Below are positions 1 to 11,076 of a DNA stretch of 35,130 bases, piece after piece. How positions within the stretch are numbered: position 1 is the first letter of the stretch; every line of letters begins with the position of its first letter. The stretch is from NCBI GenBank assembly GCA_003693705.1, contig RBZT01000154.1, forward strand, positions 1 to 35,130, given 5' to 3'. The notes beneath the pieces were generated by a model. It saw nothing but the letters and a program-made list of their open reading frames with translations, was not told the origin of the DNA and did no database searches. This DNA is from Polymyxa betae A26-41. Its lineage: Eukaryota > Protista > Endomyxa: Phytomyxea. The position numbers and the translations under genes are program-made.

Positions 1-66
1 CCCGAGTTCGGGTCGGGCGGGACGGGTTCGGGTTCGGGTTGAAGGCTGTACCCGAACCGAAACCCC
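1..66. repeat. GGGTTC/CCCGAA short-motif cluster, possible subterminal repeats of a hAT-like DNA transposon
   Basis: cgggttcgggttcgggtt followed by cccgaaccgaaacccc. A similar cluster lies at 2495-2538. Confidence 0.35.
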
Positions 67-1083
67 AAACATTTTACCGTACCGGACATCTCAAACCAAC
101 AATCGCCAATACATAATCTTTGTTACGTATATGCTCGTCCGATATCTCATCGATACCTCATTCTGGCTCTATTTTTGGATAGATCTCGTCGAAATGAATC
201 CAAAATAGAAATAAAAATTTGGAAACGAATTTCTCGCACTACAAATACGCAAAACCTTTGTATGGAAAGCCATATTTTTGCGACTAGAAAAGCCGAGAAA
301 TGCCCTCGCGAAACCACGCAACTTTGTCCACGGTCAAGCTAGAATTAATATTTTTGTCAAAGGATTATTCCAAGGACGTTTGCTTCTTTGCACATCCTTT
401 TTGGCGGACTTTGGAGTTCGGACCCTGCAGGCTTCATTCATTTCAATTTTGCAAAGCAATAAAAACTGATTCTGTCGCGAACAATGGTACCGACCGCAGT
501 GAATCGAAAGTTCGCTCGATGATGCTAGCGTTATATGGATGCATATAGCGAAAAGAATGGATTGCAGCTAACACCGAAACAAGTAGAGAATGCCTTGCGA
601 AAGTGTCGTCGACACCGATCGGTTCCGCAGAACAGTAATGGTGAACCTTAACATGTCCCATAAAAAAATACAGATTGTGCGTGCGCACAATTCCAAAATT
701 TTCCCAAGAGTGCTCAAGCTCATTAGAAGAATGAATTGAGACGATTGTAGGTTTTAAGCTGTTCGGTTCGGTTGAAACGTTGTCAGAAATCTTTATTGAC
801 AGTGGTTGTCCTCTTTGTTGTTCCCAGGTTTCTTTTTATACCGTGGTCTTCCGTTTCTGTTGATCGCATTTTCAAAACTGGACGTGATGGGAAGAAAGTC
901 AATTGGCCTTCGGAATGACCTTCGGCCTTCGGATTGGCCTTCTGCGCGCTTTTTGTCTTTGGCCTTCTAATAGGCCTTCTCCAATGTAATTGGCCTTCTG
1001 GATAACCTTCTCCCAAGTAAATGGTCCTTTTGAATGGCTTTTGCGCAATTTTGCATGTATCCTTATAATTTTCAATCACAATG

Positions 1084-1537
1084 TCGTGACTCACGACATC
1101 AATGACTCAATTTCTCTTATCATCTCCATCTTTTCGCCTAATTTCTCCTCATAAAACATTCTGAAGCATTATTATTCACACTGTCTCGGACTGGTTTATC
1201 ACATTTTTTTGAATGATTTATGCAGCTGCTCTTGACCACGCTCCTCCCGCCTACATGCACACATCGCTTCCGCAACGAAACAGGAATCCGCATTCCAAAA
1301 CAACCTTCGTCACCCAACTGACATCTGACAGCAACACGGCTCTCAGCGCAGCCTCTGACACGGCTCAGGACTCTGAGTCCCAGCGCAGCCACTTCTTGCA
1401 TCCAGGGGGAGAGCAATTTCGTGACTCAGGACATCAATGACTCAATTTCTCTCATAATCTCCATCTTTTCGCCTAATTTCTCCTCATAAAACATTCTGAA
1501 GCATTATCATTCACTGTGTTCAGACTAGTTTATCACA
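1084..1537 (+). repeat. ~120-bp direct repeat pair (1084-1203 and 1419-1537)
   Basis: Both copies run tcgtgactca(c/g)gacatcaatgactcaatttctc...tttatcaca; offset 335 bp. Confidence 0.9.
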
Positions 1538-1689
1538 CACAGTTTCCGGGATTGACTTCTCTCCTTTTGTTATTTATGTAATTCGGGTTTGTGATGTTAA
1601 CGAAACATCAAGTATAGGTAAGTGTAACAATTGTGGTCGTAGCCTGATTCTTCGTTAGAAGTCGATTCCACTGTCCTAAAACTAAGCCA

Positions 1690-1870
1690 ATCAGGACAAT
1701 ACAGCACCGACTTCCAATAATCACAGTCATTTGTGCAAATTCTCTGGGGAAGATACCGGTGAGATGCTACACTCTGGGCTTTGCGGGCACGATGTGGTTG
1801 ATTGGATGTAAGACAAGCAAGTCTAGCTCTTTTACCATTTTTTGTGGTGATTTCTTGGTTGCTTCTCTCG
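1690..1870 (-). pseudogene. Possible Tc1/mariner-like transposase remnant
   Basis: Fragments SPQKMVKELDL and DYWKSVLY, in different frames, resemble the Tc1 HTH and the W..VL(W/F)SDE lead-in. No catalytic motif was recovered. Confidence 0.2.
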
Positions 1871-2494
1871 CACATCATAGTCAGCGAATAAATCTTATGA
1901 TCAATAACAAAGTTGTACTTTGCGATCAGCGAAAAGGTCGACAAATTGAGCAATCATTCCATCTTGCCTCATCGTTTCTTTGTGATCTTCAAAGGAACGA
2001 CGAAAACTGTCTGAATCCCGTAACCCTTCTCCATCAATCTGGGACAAAGGATTCGCGTCGTTTCGCCTATATAGCTCGTAAAAAGCATCCGCGTTATATA
2101 GGTTAGCTTCAAAAAAGGATTCGGACGAGCTACAGATGAGTCTAAGGATATCTATTTGGAAACTATAAAAGATGTTAAAAAAATCGCGAAGGTATTGGAA
2201 AATGAATATCGATATAACGGATCTACGCACAAGACGAAGCCATAAACAAAGCCATCGCGAAGGCACTGTATTGCGAAAGGGTCGAGGAAGGTAATTCTGA
2301 AGGACGCTGGCGATTTCAGAAGGCCAATCAAAAAGCCGAAGGTCATTCCGAAGGCCAGATTCTCAGTAACCACGGGATGTAATTGGAGATTCGACGTCAC
2401 TCTCTGGCCCCGGAGGGTTTGAATGTGTTGATGATTGGAAAAACAGTCAAAAATGAGATATTATCTATTACATAAAAAAATGTCAGAACTGATT

Positions 2495-2538
2495 GGGTTC
2501 TACCCGAATCGTCCCAACCCAACCCGATCGGACCCCTA
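2495..2538. repeat. CCCGA/CCCAA motif cluster ending in ACCCCTA, possible hAT-like right end
   Basis: gggttctacccgaatcgtcccaacccaacccgatcggaccccta; the reverse complement starts TAGGGG, like many hAT termini. Confidence 0.3.
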
Positions 2539-3165
2539 ACTGTTGAATGTGCGAATGGTTTGGTGTCCGACTCATCATCAATTGTAACTTGTATCGCGAT
2601 AGCAAAAAAGTTGGCTATGGTCGGCTCAGTAATTGTTAAAAGTTTCCCCCGCAGATCTTTTAACTGAAGGCTAGGAGAGTTCATATTTACCTGTCGTAAT
2701 GTTTGCGACCCAATATATAAAAACTCTTTTATTGTATTCTAATTGTCTGTGTCCATCGTTTGTGAAATATGACCGACGAGACTACGGTTCAAAGATCGAG
2801 CCATTGGGCTCAGGGAGACGGATCAAGCAAATTGGACTGCAGCCAGCACTAACGAGCTCCGTTTGCTGTATGCGAGGGGGTGCGTACAGCAACAACGCGC
2901 GGCCCCCTCTCCGTGTTGAACGCTCTTATTTTTGACACAATCCATAATATGACCATGTCTCATTCAGATTGATCTGACAGGGTGAATCAACGAACTAAAT
3001 AATTTGGCTCTCTGATAAGGTGTTTTCATATGTTCAATTTGCTTTCCTGCTTAACTAAGATCGCGCAGGTTTCTACCGTCGTTTCAAGAGGGTTAAACTA
3101 CAACAATCTGTTGGCTACTATCTTTTTCAGTGGAGCCAGGACAATCATTCGGTTTTATTATGCAG

Positions 3166-3200
3166 CTGGAGCAGAGTCGAATCTGGAGCAGAGTCGAATC
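3166..3200 (+). repeat. 17-bp perfect tandem duplication
   Basis: ctggagcagagtcgaat x2. Confidence 0.9.
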
Positions 3201-3563
3201 AAATTCTGTGAAAAGAGTGGATCAAAACAGGCTGATTTCAAAAGATCATGGTTTTGCAGAGGGCTGAAAGCTCTGAAAAACGAATATGCGGATGTGGAAG
3301 GATGCTTTGCAGTCAAAAACAATAATGACCATTACATTTTGTCAATAAGATTGGCACCAAAGCAAACTAGACAGAGACATGGGACGCGATGAGAGATTGT
3401 TCCTTCACGATGCACAGATATTATTTCGACATACTGTGTCATGTCAAAACAGCATTCGGCAAGAACAAGAGCACTTTGTAAAATGCGATGTCAGCGTCAC
3501 AGAACGGTGAGAGAGTTTTTAATCATTGTGGTTGACACGAAATGTGTCAAGTTCTTCATCTAA

Positions 3564-3579
3564 GGCCCTGGTTCAAGTA
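3564..3579 (+). mobile_element. Candidate PIF/Harbinger terminal inverted repeat (left end)
   Basis: TAA|GGCCCTGGTTCAAGTA: TAA target-type trinucleotide, and similarity to the terminus TTA|GAGCCTGGTTTAAGTG at 19121. The matching right end was not identified. Confidence 0.35.
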
Positions 3580-4143
3580 AATAGACGCCTCAGACTATCT
3601 CAGAAATTGCGGTGAAACTACATCGCCCATCAATTTACAAAGAAACAGATCAGCAGTTTCTGCGTGAGAGCGCAAGAAATCCTGCGTCTCTACAGAATGG
3701 TCGCAGTTTGTTGCAACAACTAATTTCAAGAATCACCTTCCTGTTCTTCGTGCATAATGGATGCCTTGCTTCCAATGTATCTTCGTTGTAGTTTTCCACT
3801 TGTGATTGCCGAAATCTAACCTGTGCAAATGAACTCTGACCAGATAACAGCGCTGATATCCATCGGGACCAGCCAAAGGTCTTTTTTGTCACTGAAACCG
3901 ACACCAGAACCAGGATGCTGCGGTTTGTTAATTAAAACCCATATTTTTGTATTTTCTTTTCAAACGATTAGAAGAGCACCAAAAGCCGGAGCCAATGGTT
4001 TTTGAAGCCGTTTTACAACGACTCGCAAGATTCGAAATCCCCATAAGAGATATCGGGGGCGACACTAAGTGTAAACACTATTACAGATGGATATGTTCCC
4101 TTCGTGCAGTTAAGTTGATGACACGCTTTTCCGTTGAAGGAAG

Positions 4144-4854
4144 CTATTTATTCATCAAAGGAATACTGAGAGAGGTTTCGGCTTCTTTACCTTCAAAATA
4201 TTGCAGCGTTGCTCTTGACTCGGGGCAAGATAAACTATTATTTTTAGCTCTGGGTTTAATGTAGAAATCTGGGTCCATCATTTTCTGGGAATACATAACA
4301 ATCAAGCTATACCCATTAGCAGAGACTGTTTCGGTTATCGAGTAGTTTGCTTTAATGTTCAAGAACACAGTTGCCCGCGTTCCACCAGCCCACCACACTG
4401 TTTCGAAAGTTGTCATGTCAAATCGAAACAATTTTTGCCGAACTCGAAGAGTGGTGTTTTGATCGGTAACATTATTGTCCTTTTTCATCGCCTCGATATC
4501 GGAGCTAAAGTTTTTAAAATCTCGCTTACGATTCATAATCAATGGCTTAATATCTTCATCTTCATCTCCGGAAACCATCTCGTGCGCAGCCGCTATGAAG
4601 AGTTAAAAAATATTATAGAAATGCCGAAAAAATCGCATATTACTTTTGTCGGCTTGGTTAGATCGACATTGGCGTATGTTTCCCCCCCCAGTAGGGCAGA
4701 ATCCAATAACGCAAAAATGGCATCATACGCTTTGACTTGATTCCAGATGACCGTCGTGCCGTCAATTCCATCTTTAAGCTCTTCTAAGATTGCGGGTCAG
4801 GCGTTGGTTTTGCTCGGCCGTCCATGACGAGACCGTGTTAGACTTCTTGGACAT
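4144..4854 (-). pseudogene. Frameshifted gene with Myb/SANT-like start, probable Harbinger accessory ORF
   Basis: MSKKSNTVSSWTAEQNQRL (WT.E....L pattern), then a frameshift to AILEELKDG... It is divergent from the transposase at 5331. The downstream extent is uncertain. Confidence 0.4.
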
Positions 4855-5330
4855 GATCTAAGTACGAACTTAGAAGTTTGAATGAGCTTCAATTACCCGC
4901 CAACTCTCCATCGCTGCATGAGCAACGAAATTCTGCGCACACCAACTGCAACCAAGCCCGCATAAACGACACTCCTCGTGCCAAATGCCAGTCTCAAAAT
5001 TCTACCATAAACTTCGAACTCCAAAATCTCGTAACTGAGAACAGCCAGGCGAAATCGAACAAAGCGATTGCAAATGCAAGAGCCAAACGCAGGTTTTGGC
5101 TTTTTCGGTTGAGTTCTGCGGAATTGTATTTTGTGAAACGTTAATATTATCGCCCTCAGTCGTCCATACAAGGCAATATCGTTTGCGGCTGAAATGGTCA
5201 AGCTCTGTGCTCAGTAACAATCAAGTTTTTGCACAATTTTGATTTTGAAACTGAAAAAAAACCAGTGTTTCCAGTTTTTCCAGGCTCATGTTCGATCACC
5301 AACAAGTGCGCACACGGATTTTTTTCATTC

Positions 5331-5770
5331 ATGATGTCCTCTGTGAACGAAGCCAAATGGTTTTGTGAAGACCGAAATCACTGGGGCTGCTGCATCATCG
5401 TTCCGAACAGTATCATGGAAGAGGAAATGGAAAGCCCATTTCAGTATATGCTTACGGACTTGCTTGCGGGTATGTTCCGATATTCAAAATTCCGACAAGT
5501 ACCTGCGCCAAGAACACCTAATGGGACTAAAGTTTCTGCAAAGTTACAGACCAGAGGAAGTTGCTTGTCCAGTATTTAAGTTGTCAGCAAAGAATTATAG
5601 GAAATGGGTTTGGTTTGTAGTTGAGCAAATCTCAAAACATGATTACGTAATAAGCTTTGCTTTTAAAAATTGGTTTTTCGTTGACTGTTATTGATTCAGA
5701 TTCATTGGGAAGACCGGTGGGAAAATTGGAGCCAGTTAGTGACATCCTGTACTCTCGATGGGACCGATTT
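5331..5770 (+). pseudogene. PIF/Harbinger/ISL2EU-type (DDE_Tnp_4-like) transposase, N-terminal half
   Basis: HLMGLKFLQSYRPEEV...KNYRKWVWFVV (HTH region), then IHWEDRW...SCTLDGTD (first catalytic D). It is cut at 5770 by the CACTA insertion. Confidence 0.75.
5647..5699 (+). other. 53-nt GT-AG spliceosomal intron in the transposase
   Basis: gtaataag...ttgattcag; removal joins KHDY to IHWEDRW in frame. Confidence 0.7.
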
Positions 5771-6513
5771 CACCGGAACTGCGCAGACCTGCGTTTTACC
5801 GCATTCTCGGACCTGCGAATTTTCACGGCCATTTCGCAAGTTCACGCAGAATTTTGCACGTCGAAATGCGTGATTTCGCAGATTCTGCTGGCAGATATTT
5901 GCGGAGCATTGCAGATATTTGGATGAGCATCTGCGTAAAATTGACATATCCAAAACGCATGTAATCAGCGAATAATTGCAGAGAAACGCAATCTGGATAA
6001 ATTAAATTTTTAATAAAAAATCGCAGCTAGCTCTAATAAATTAATCTCGAACATAACGTAAAGTAATATCTGTTTTGAAGTTTATTTGTCAAAGTTATTC
6101 GCAGCCTAGCCAGATCAGACAATACATCACCCGTAAGCAATCTAATTATACTTGCCAGGAATCTCTTTCATATCCAATTTAGTTAATCCCGACAAGAATA
6201 TTGGCTTTCAGGCGGCTGTTACAGGTTCTATCATTTTCCAAAAAAGTCAGAAGAACATAAAACACAGACCACTGGTCATAATTTTGTCCAGGAGACCGGT
6301 CCTTTCACAGGGAGCTGTACAATTGGTAGGTAAGATTCTACAGCTCTATGGCGACAGCAGCCAAGATCCACCGGTATTAAGCACCCTACAACGGGCCGTA
6401 TGGAGTTTACACTTGTCTTGAATAGACATCGGAAAAGAGCATGTAGACTTTCTGATGCCATTACAGGATGGCCCAGGTAACGGCTTCAGACATACAAGTA
6501 GGCGTGAAGAGAA

Positions 6514-6641
6514 GAGGGGTCATCCATTATTTCAGGAGACCGGCCTCCGGTACCCGGAAGCCGTACACCTCTTCTCTTCAATGTGAGGGGTCATCCATTA
6601 TTTCAGGAGACCGGCCCTTATGGCTGAGGGCGGTACACCTC
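6514..6641 (+). repeat. 71-bp-period duplication inside the CACTA element
   Basis: gaggggtcatccattatttcaggagaccggcc is exact at 6514-6545 and 6585-6616, each followed by gtacacctc. A weaker copy lies near 6277-6302. Confidence 0.85.
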
Positions 6642-7689
6642 ATCATATCGCCTCTAGTCATAGCCGTGCCCAGGCGCAAGACTTGATCTTGGTGTGAAGT
6701 CGACAATAAAAGGTGAAAGGAATGAGGACAAGAGGGTGCACGGAGTGCGTACGGTGTCTGCGCAGCCACGCTCAGTTTCGAATCAAAAACAGCGCCAGTG
6801 ACGGCGTAATAGTGCGCCACTGTTGTAATAAAATGCGTCAGTGCGTTTGGAAAAATTTCGTGCAATAGACTCATTAACTGCATCAGAACACGTTTGTAAT
6901 GGAGAGTGCAGCTCCAGGCTCTGTTGTTTTCTTCTTATTGGAAGGAAAACCTGTCGCAAGGGGCGCTTTGCTGTCTGAGGAAAATGATCCCCATCAACAT
7001 GTTGGCATCGTTCATGGTCATGATGTCGATTTGCAGTTCGAATGAGGGGTTAGGGTCGTTCGAGTTCTAGTCGACAATAACGTTCCTTCGGTGTCAGCAA
7101 GCCCTTAAAATGAAGAAATTTTGGTGAGAGGTCTAAGGTTTGTCGCGCCACTTGATTATCTGATATTCAAGGTTGATACTGCACGTAAGTTTATGCTCTG
7201 AACAGTATCACCCAAATATGTAATAATTGACTACCTGAAATCCGGGCAAACGTCAACGAACAGGCAGCTACGAAATCTAGCTGTCTGACATACGGGATGC
7301 TTACTGGCCTCTGGAAGCCTGGATTGATCACCCCCGTACTGGCCCAGTATCTGTTGAATTGCTGAAACAATTTCGGATGAAGACTCCAAACAGCATGACT
7401 CCTGAGCGAATGAAGATTCGTCAGTTGCTTCGTGATCAGATCGCATACAGCAAGTGAGTAAATCATAATGCTCTTGGAACCGGTCCTCATATTGTAACAT
7501 ATCTCGTGAAACAGTTGATGCCGATGCAGAAAGGCTGCTGAATCTCGTAACTGTGCAATTCCCTGCAGCGAAGGCGACAAATCAGTTGATCCGTGATGGT
7601 TTGCAGACGTGTTGTTGATAGAGTGCTTGATAATAGTTTCATTCAGAGAGCTGTTGGCGAAGTTGTCTGATATGAAAGCCAAAGAAAAT

Positions 7690-9814
7690 GCCAAAAATCG
7701 GAAGCAGCAGTCAATGCCGAAAGAAATCGGAGAGTACTGTACAAGGAAATAAAGCGTCATTTTTAGAACAGAACCCCAGAAATGACACTTGTCAGCAATG
7801 CCCTCAGTGCCATGTATCAAGACAAAACGCCCGAACATTTCTGTACTGGCCACTCTCGTTTGACATCCAGGTAAAGGTTTTGCACACTTTTCACATCTCA
7901 TAATTCCAATTTCTAGATCCGTTTTGCCAGTTTGTTCTGGCAAGGTTACGATGAAGTTGATTCCGCCGTCATGGAGTATATGAAGACACAGACCAAGGAG
8001 GAATCCATGTGCGATTGGCTCCATGGTGACCTGTTCTATGACCATTACGTACAATATCATGACAAAGAGAAGCAGGCTGCGAAGAACGCTAATGAATTAC
8101 TGATGATGCAATCCCCTTCTTATCTTTGTTCAGAGAGGCAGTACATGACAATCGCGTTGTCACATTGTTTCGATGATTCTCATCTACACAACTCTTCTAG
8201 AATATCGGTATGGCCTCACCTCTTCTCATATCTCACACTACCATCATTCGCGCGTTGCAAACCTCAGCAGTAGCAATGACTTCGTGCTCATATTATTCAA
8301 GCCAAGCGTACTTCCATCTGGTTGCTCATGAAATGAATCTGATCAACAAAGAGGGATTTTGGATCTTCGATTCATCCAGGAAACAATTAACTAAGGTACG
8401 CTAGCGTTTTCTGCTTCAATGCACCAGCAACTAATCGTCTGCAGGTGAAACTGAAGTTAATGACCAACATGGCAGATTTACATGCCTTTGCAAAGGCAAT
8501 GATGAAAGCAGGATCATCGAGCATTCATGGAGCATGCATTTGTTCTATCGTTGGAGTGAGAGCAAATAAACGGACCTGCCGCTTGGGATCTTACAGATTT
8601 CTCCCTCCAGCCCATCCATTTCGCAAGAAATCATTGTTACCAAAATGCTTGGATTTACATCGCAAATCTCCAGCACCAACGTTTTGGACGAAAGATCAGA
8701 TAGTTGAGGCAGGTTGAAATGAAATGCGATTGGTTTGAATATCCAGTCCTAACCCGCCTACAGGAATCGAAGCGAGTCGTTACGAAGCTGATAAAATCAA
8801 GAGCAGGACGCTGAGCGCAAGAAAATGCATGAAAGTGTACGACAGATCAAGCGATCTCTCCCACCCTTAAAAAACCAGGGCCAGGACAGTATGGAGTAGA
8901 CAACTTGACCAGCGGTCTGGACAATGGTTGGGATCCTAGTAGACAGTATAAATCCAATTTTATGCATCATATAGGGGTAGGTTATTGATTCTGGCAATTG
9001 TTTGCTGATGTTAACTGGCGTTTTTGTATAGAAGGCTGTAAGAACCTTGGTTGAGGCCCTGGATTGCGAAAGTAATGGTTCCGGATTGGTGTTCGATTAT
9101 GAGGCTCGACTGTCGGAAAAGCCTCTAAACAGGCTCAGCAGTGTTTGGGAGCAAGACGTTGAGCTCCCGTGGGCATTGATTCCAGTAAGCCGAAAAGCTA
9201 TATCTGAACGAATCAAAAATTTGCTGGTACCGGACAGTAAGAGGGCAGAAGTTTTTGAGAGTTGTAGTTGTTAATAACACTCAGGGACCGAAGAGCTATT
9301 TAACCCGTTCATAAGATCGCAAGTAATGGTGAAGAATTCGCAGTGGCATATGCTGTTGCATGGGCTGTTCAAATTTCTAACCAAAGGGCTGTTCGGAGAG
9401 AGCATCCAGGCTCAGAGCTTTCCGAAGGCTCTATTCCGGTTGTTTGTTGTTCTGTCAAGCTGCATGTGTTCAAGCTTGAGACGATCACAATTACAAAAGC
9501 TTCATCTCGCAATTGTGGAATCTTTGGCACAGCTGGAATAAGTAATAACTGTCTCGGTTCGGTTTCAATGCTAACTTTTCATTCTGCAACTGCCAAGTAT
9601 GATGTTGACTCGGCCGGTACATTTTATTCTTCATATAGTTCCACATGTTTTGCAGGATATTGGCCCATTGAAAGGGATTGCATGGAATTTCTTGTCGGAG
9701 CGTTTCATGCGACCTTTAAAGTCAATGAACCACGCAACGAGGGGACAATCTGTCAACATCATGAACAATTTCTCTGAGCAAGTTGCAGCCTCTTGTTTTA
9801 GGTTGGTTCAGTAG
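7690..9814 (+). pseudogene. CACTA Tnp2/TnpD-like transposase, heavily disrupted
   Basis: Motifs occur in the expected order: CQQCPQCHVSR..FLYWPL; CDWLHGDLF; IALSHCFDD..SVWP..LP..ARCK; ADLHA..GACICSIVG; RFLPPAHPFR; FMHH; HFILHIV..IGPL..WNFLSERFMRPLK. Coding remnants probably extend from ~6900 to ~10800. Confidence 0.8.
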
Positions 9815-11076
9815 AATCAAACACGGGACAAGTTTTCTCAGTTTCCGCTAGGTTACAGCACCACGATCGATACACCTCTCTGGAAAACAGAATATGGACG
9901 TTTGGGGAAACAAAGATTGGAGGATTACAGCAAGGACATCGACGAACTGCCGACAGAGCCAAAAGTTTTTGATCCGAAAGATTTGCAGTTAGGTTAAGGG
10001 CTAGGTGTTACGACGGATTGCTTGACAAATTTGATCAGGTCGTTTGCATGAAGACATGTATCTCAGGTATCGACGAGTATCGCCGCTGCGTAGTAACCTT
10101 GAATTCCAGCCTTGAGAAACCTTAGTCCGACAGAAGACTGGCGACGGAACCAATCCTGTTTTTTCATGAGCACCACGTGCACGAGAAGTTAATTGATCAC
10201 TTAAGAAGCAACGGTTTCCACGAAATTCTTCTAAGCGCGCTACAAGGTAAGTTGGCTTTTCGTTTGAGGTAATTCGAAATCATAATTATGCAATAAAGCT
10301 TTGGGATTTACTTCAAATTTATTATGGTGTACAGCTGTTGTTGATGTAGTTTGTGCAGGCAATATCGCCAGTCTCACAAAAATGATGCACAAAGGGAAGC
10401 TTTTTAGGTCAAAAGATTACGAACTTAAACGAGCTTTAAAGAGTAGTAACCACATGATGCAAATCAAGATAGAATCATCATGTTCTTCTAAGCATTCCAA
10501 CTGGTTTGCTTCGGGAAACTGGTTCACCATGCTGACCATCAAAGACGACATGGAGCCCTTGGTAATGGTGTTTGTGGATTGGTATAAGTCGCCGGAGTGC
10601 CCAAAGGTCGGCCATGGAACCGATAACGAGACAGGTTTGCCCGTTATTGAACCCATGTCCAGAGCTGAAAACATTAAATGGTCCAGATGGGTGGGGTCAG
10701 TGACAACATCGAGCCAGTCAACATCATGCTCGGCAAGCTCCCTGAAACAAGATGCAATTTCGCCATTAGGATGGGACATAGAGAAGAGCTAGAATAAAAC
10801 GAGATTACAACTTTGAGTTTATTACAATAGAACGAAGCAGCGAGAAAAAAAGAAAATTTTCCATGTAAAAACAGCAGCAGTAATAAAACAGAATCAGGCC
10901 GCCTCAGGTGCCTCAGCACTAAACAGAAGAGCGGAACCAGGCCGAGCCAGCCCAACAGTTTCAGCACAAAGAGCAACAACTCGGGCAAGTTCAGATCAGA
11001 CAGCAGCGACCCATGCAAAGTGAACAGCAGCAACGACCAGTGGAAGCAAGCAATAGATTTAGAAAATATCAATGCA

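Larger units (their letters stand above)
841..2375. mobile_element. Possible decayed DNA transposon bounded by inverted GGCCTTC-rich arms
   Basis: 904-944 and 2317-2357 are reverse complements at 38/41 nt. A short outer inverted pair lies at 841 (CCGTGGT) and 2369-2375 (ACCACGG). GGCCTTC/GAAGGCC motifs are repeated at each end. Confidence 0.4.

Noticed and set aside
1-66. Telomeric repeat
   Set aside because: The units are irregular, occur in both orientations and are few.
2874-2910. GC-rich imperfect hairpin (gagggggtgcgt...acgcgcggccccctc)
   Set aside because: It is isolated, with no supporting context such as a Helitron CTRR end or an RNA gene.
7191-8060. 289-aa minus-strand ORF as a gene
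   Set aside because: It is antisense to recognisable CACTA transposase motifs and has no motif of its own.
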